Origin: an uncultured virus (IMG/VR IMGVR_UViG_3300021387_003972)
Lineage: Duplodnaviria > Heunggongvirae > Uroviricota > Caudoviricetes
IMG/VR virus record: IMGVR_UViG_3300021387_003972
Direction: 5' to 3' (one strand)
DNA length: 64,000 bases
The notes beneath the pieces were generated by a model, which did not search any database, was not told where the DNA came from, and saw only the letters and a program-made list of their open reading frames with translations. Below are positions 61,988 to 64,000 of this stretch, in pieces. Position numbers and translations under genes: made by a program. Each line of letters starts with the position of its first letter. Within the stretch, counting starts at the first letter, position 1.

Positions 61988-64000
61988 TTAAGCTGGAAGG
62001 AATTCCGATTTCTTACCATAACTTGTGATATACGCACCCTTCTGAGCTCTCGTAAGTGCCACATAAAGCAGGCATTTTTCAGCTGTCAGCGTCTCCATCT
62101 CTGATATCGCATCTGTCCTGTTTATAGCAGAAGGAAGCGGTATAACTCTGTTATTCACAGCAGCGATAAATACGTACTGGAATTCCAGTCCTTTAACCCT
62201 GTGCATAGTTGCGACACGCACTCCGTCCAGGGAACGATCTTCCGTTTTGCTTCTCTTGATCTCATATGCACGGAGCCCGGCACGAGTAATTTGAGCAATA
62301 TAGTCGTCCACAAGCTTTCTCGTTCTTGCCACAAGACAGATGTTGGATAAAGCCACTCCCGCTTCTTTTAACTTCTTGATTTCATTCAGAATAAATGAAA
62401 GTTCTTCTCCAGCGTCACCAAATGCTTTTACAACAGGCTTTAAGCCGTGTGTAAGAGACTGGCACCGGTCTCCAAGATCAGAGCCGTCATCCAGATCATC
62501 AAAGGAAATACCATTCAGTAGCGCAAACGCATATCTCCTGATTTCCTCTGTAGTACGATAGTTGATACGCAGAATGCTGCTGCGGCCTCTTACATTAATG
62601 CCACATTTTGACAGAGCCGGTCGATTCCGATATATCCTTTGGTGAGAGTCGCCAACAATAAATAGATCGTTCTGATGGTCTTCTCCGGCCAAGGCGCGTA
62701 GCAACCTATATGCGTTGTCGCTAAAATCCTGGGCTTCGTCTACAATGATATGCGCGTACCTTGGCCTGCTTCCAGCCGCTTCCAATAGTTTTCTGCTCTC
62801 ATACATGGCCATGTTTATATCACGAATCTGATTCTCCTTCATCAGGTTCTGATAAGCATCAAATACTTTCCAAACAAGTATGCGCTTCTTTCTGTCTAGA
62901 CGAGTTCCTCGGCCATTGCGAGATGCTTTGACATATTTTTCCAATGACATCGCTTCCTGGGATACAACAACTCGGTTCCACTCTTCTTCATAGAATCCCG
63001 TATCAAAAGGCAGATCTACATTTGCCAGAAGCACTGCTTTTTCCCATAAACTGCTGATATTGTCATAATTGATCTGCGCGGAAAAACCGGACTCACGTAA
63101 GAACTGATTTACCCATGCATCCAGGTGAATCACTTCAATCCTGCGCAGTTCTTCCAGCGTACAGATCTTTCTTAGATTCTCGCGTATATCAGATGCAAGA
63201 TTTGCCGTGAATGTCGTGAACAGAATCCTCCCGCTGTCACTCAGTTGTGCCGCCAGGTGCTTAGCTCGATGCATAGCAACGACAGTCTTTCCTGTACCTG
63301 CTCCCCCAAGTACACGTGCAGGACCAGAATAATTCCGATTCACGATTTTTCTCTGCGTCGGATGTAGGAACACACGCCACTTCTCCAACGGTTCCGCCAT
63401 AATCCTACGCAGCTCATCTTCGCCTTCTACTACAACAAATGACTTGAGAGATAGCGGGAGTTCCAATGCTTCAGATAGGTTACCCTTGGCATCCTTGCCG
63501 CCTCGTTCTTCCTTTGCATAATCAAGCACTTCGTTGATCGGAATGCCTTCTACGATCCACGATAAATACTCAAATGCATCCTGCGGCATTGCACCCTTCG
63601 CCGAATAGAACGCTTCTTTGTTTGTAAAGGCATACACAAATCCCAGCTGTTCTTCAGGAACACCAAGTTCCAACAGCTGTTCATTCGTAGTTTCTTTGAA
63701 CAGAGAGGCCTCAGCAGGAACGGATACCTCTTCTTTTACTGTTTGCACATCAAAGATCTGAACAGCGCCTGTTTTGGGGTTGACTTCACAGCGTTTTCGC
63801 GCGGCCCAGTCGTAAGCCTCGTCATGATGGTCCACCCAAAGGAGCAGGTATACACCTGTTTCCTGTTCTCTGACAACAATGCCTCTATAAGTATCATCAA
63901 TGCGGACAGAATAAATCTTCTTGTCTACACCTTTGCTGATCTTCTCATAATTAATCCCGGGCGAAGTAGGATCATTCCGGAATTTATTGATAAACTCCGT
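61988..64000 (-). CDS. UvrD/SF1 helicase with N-terminal RelE-like domain (5' end beyond the window)
   Basis: Frame stays open to 64000 (..PGINYEKI..IYSVRIDDTYRGIV..LLLWVDHHDEAY); GGAGTGKT, DEAQD, GDSHQRIY, INYRT, TMHRVKGLEF, LYVALTRA. Confidence 0.9.
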   Translation of the reverse strand, partial: TEFINKFRNDPTSPGINYEKISKGVDKKIYSVRIDDTYRGIVVREQETGVYLLLWVDHHDEAYDWAARKRCEVNPKTGAVQIFDVQTVKEEVSVPAEASLFKETTNEQLLELGVPEEQLGFVYAFTNKEAFYSAKGAMPQDAFEYLSWIVEGIPINEVLDYAKEERGGKDAKGNLSEALELPLSLKSFVVVEGEDELRRIMAEPLEKWRVFLHPTQRKIVNRNYSGPARVLGGAGTGKTVVAMHRAKHLAAQLSDSGRILFTTFTANLASDIRENLRKICTLEELRRIEVIHLDAWVNQFLRESGFSAQINYDNISSLWEKAVLLANVDLPFDTGFYEEEWNRVVVSQEAMSLEKYVKASRNGRGTRLDRKKRILVWKVFDAYQNLMKENQIRDINMAMYESRKLLEAAGSRPRYAHIIVDEAQDFSDNAYRLLRALAGEDHQNDLFIVGDSHQRIYRNRPALSKCGINVRGRSSILRINYRTTEEIRRYAFALLNGISFDDLDDGSDLGDRCQSLTHGLKPVVKAFGDAGEELSFILNEIKKLKEAGVALSNICLVARTRKLVDDYIAQITRAGLRAYEIKRSKTEDRSLDGVRVATMHRVKGLEFQYVFIAAVNNRVIPLPSAINRTDAISEMETLTAEKCLLYVALTRAQKGAYITSYGKKSEFLPA

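Overview
Most of the window is an apparently near-complete temperate siphovirus-type prophage from a Clostridia/Lachnospiraceae-like host (host inferred from gene families and AGGAGG ribosome-binding sites). From left to right it contains: an attachment junction at about 190-220 inside the 5' end of a low-molecular-weight protein-tyrosine-phosphatase gene (MIKVLFICHG, then a stop), probably abutting a second tandem element; a TIR-TIR-Sel1-TPR cargo gene; a Tn916-type integrase with three Xis domains; a lysis module (holin, amidase/glucosaminidase endolysin and a metallo-beta-lactamase-fold enzyme with the same wall-binding tail); tail and head genes; terL; an array of small accessory genes headed by six copies of a repeated ~60-bp element; HNH-AP2, DNA methylase, MetK, terS, putative cos, HNH and late activator; and a frameshifted SNF2 helicase, VRR-NUC and primase/DUF3987. 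Next come a divergently transcribed DUF2800/DUF2815/PolA module, a sigma-like regulator with a structured leader, an ImmR/ImmA-like switch, and a Y-family polymerase/YolD/DUF5131 cassette. The window ends in a defence-like operon (RelE-like-UvrD helicase, DUF262/HNH GmrSD-like protein, NDT/DUF4406-like protein) that runs off the right edge. Several AT-rich single-gene morons sit between core genes. I saw no rRNA, tRNA, CRISPR array or reverse transcriptase. All family assignments come from recognising motifs by eye, with no database searches.
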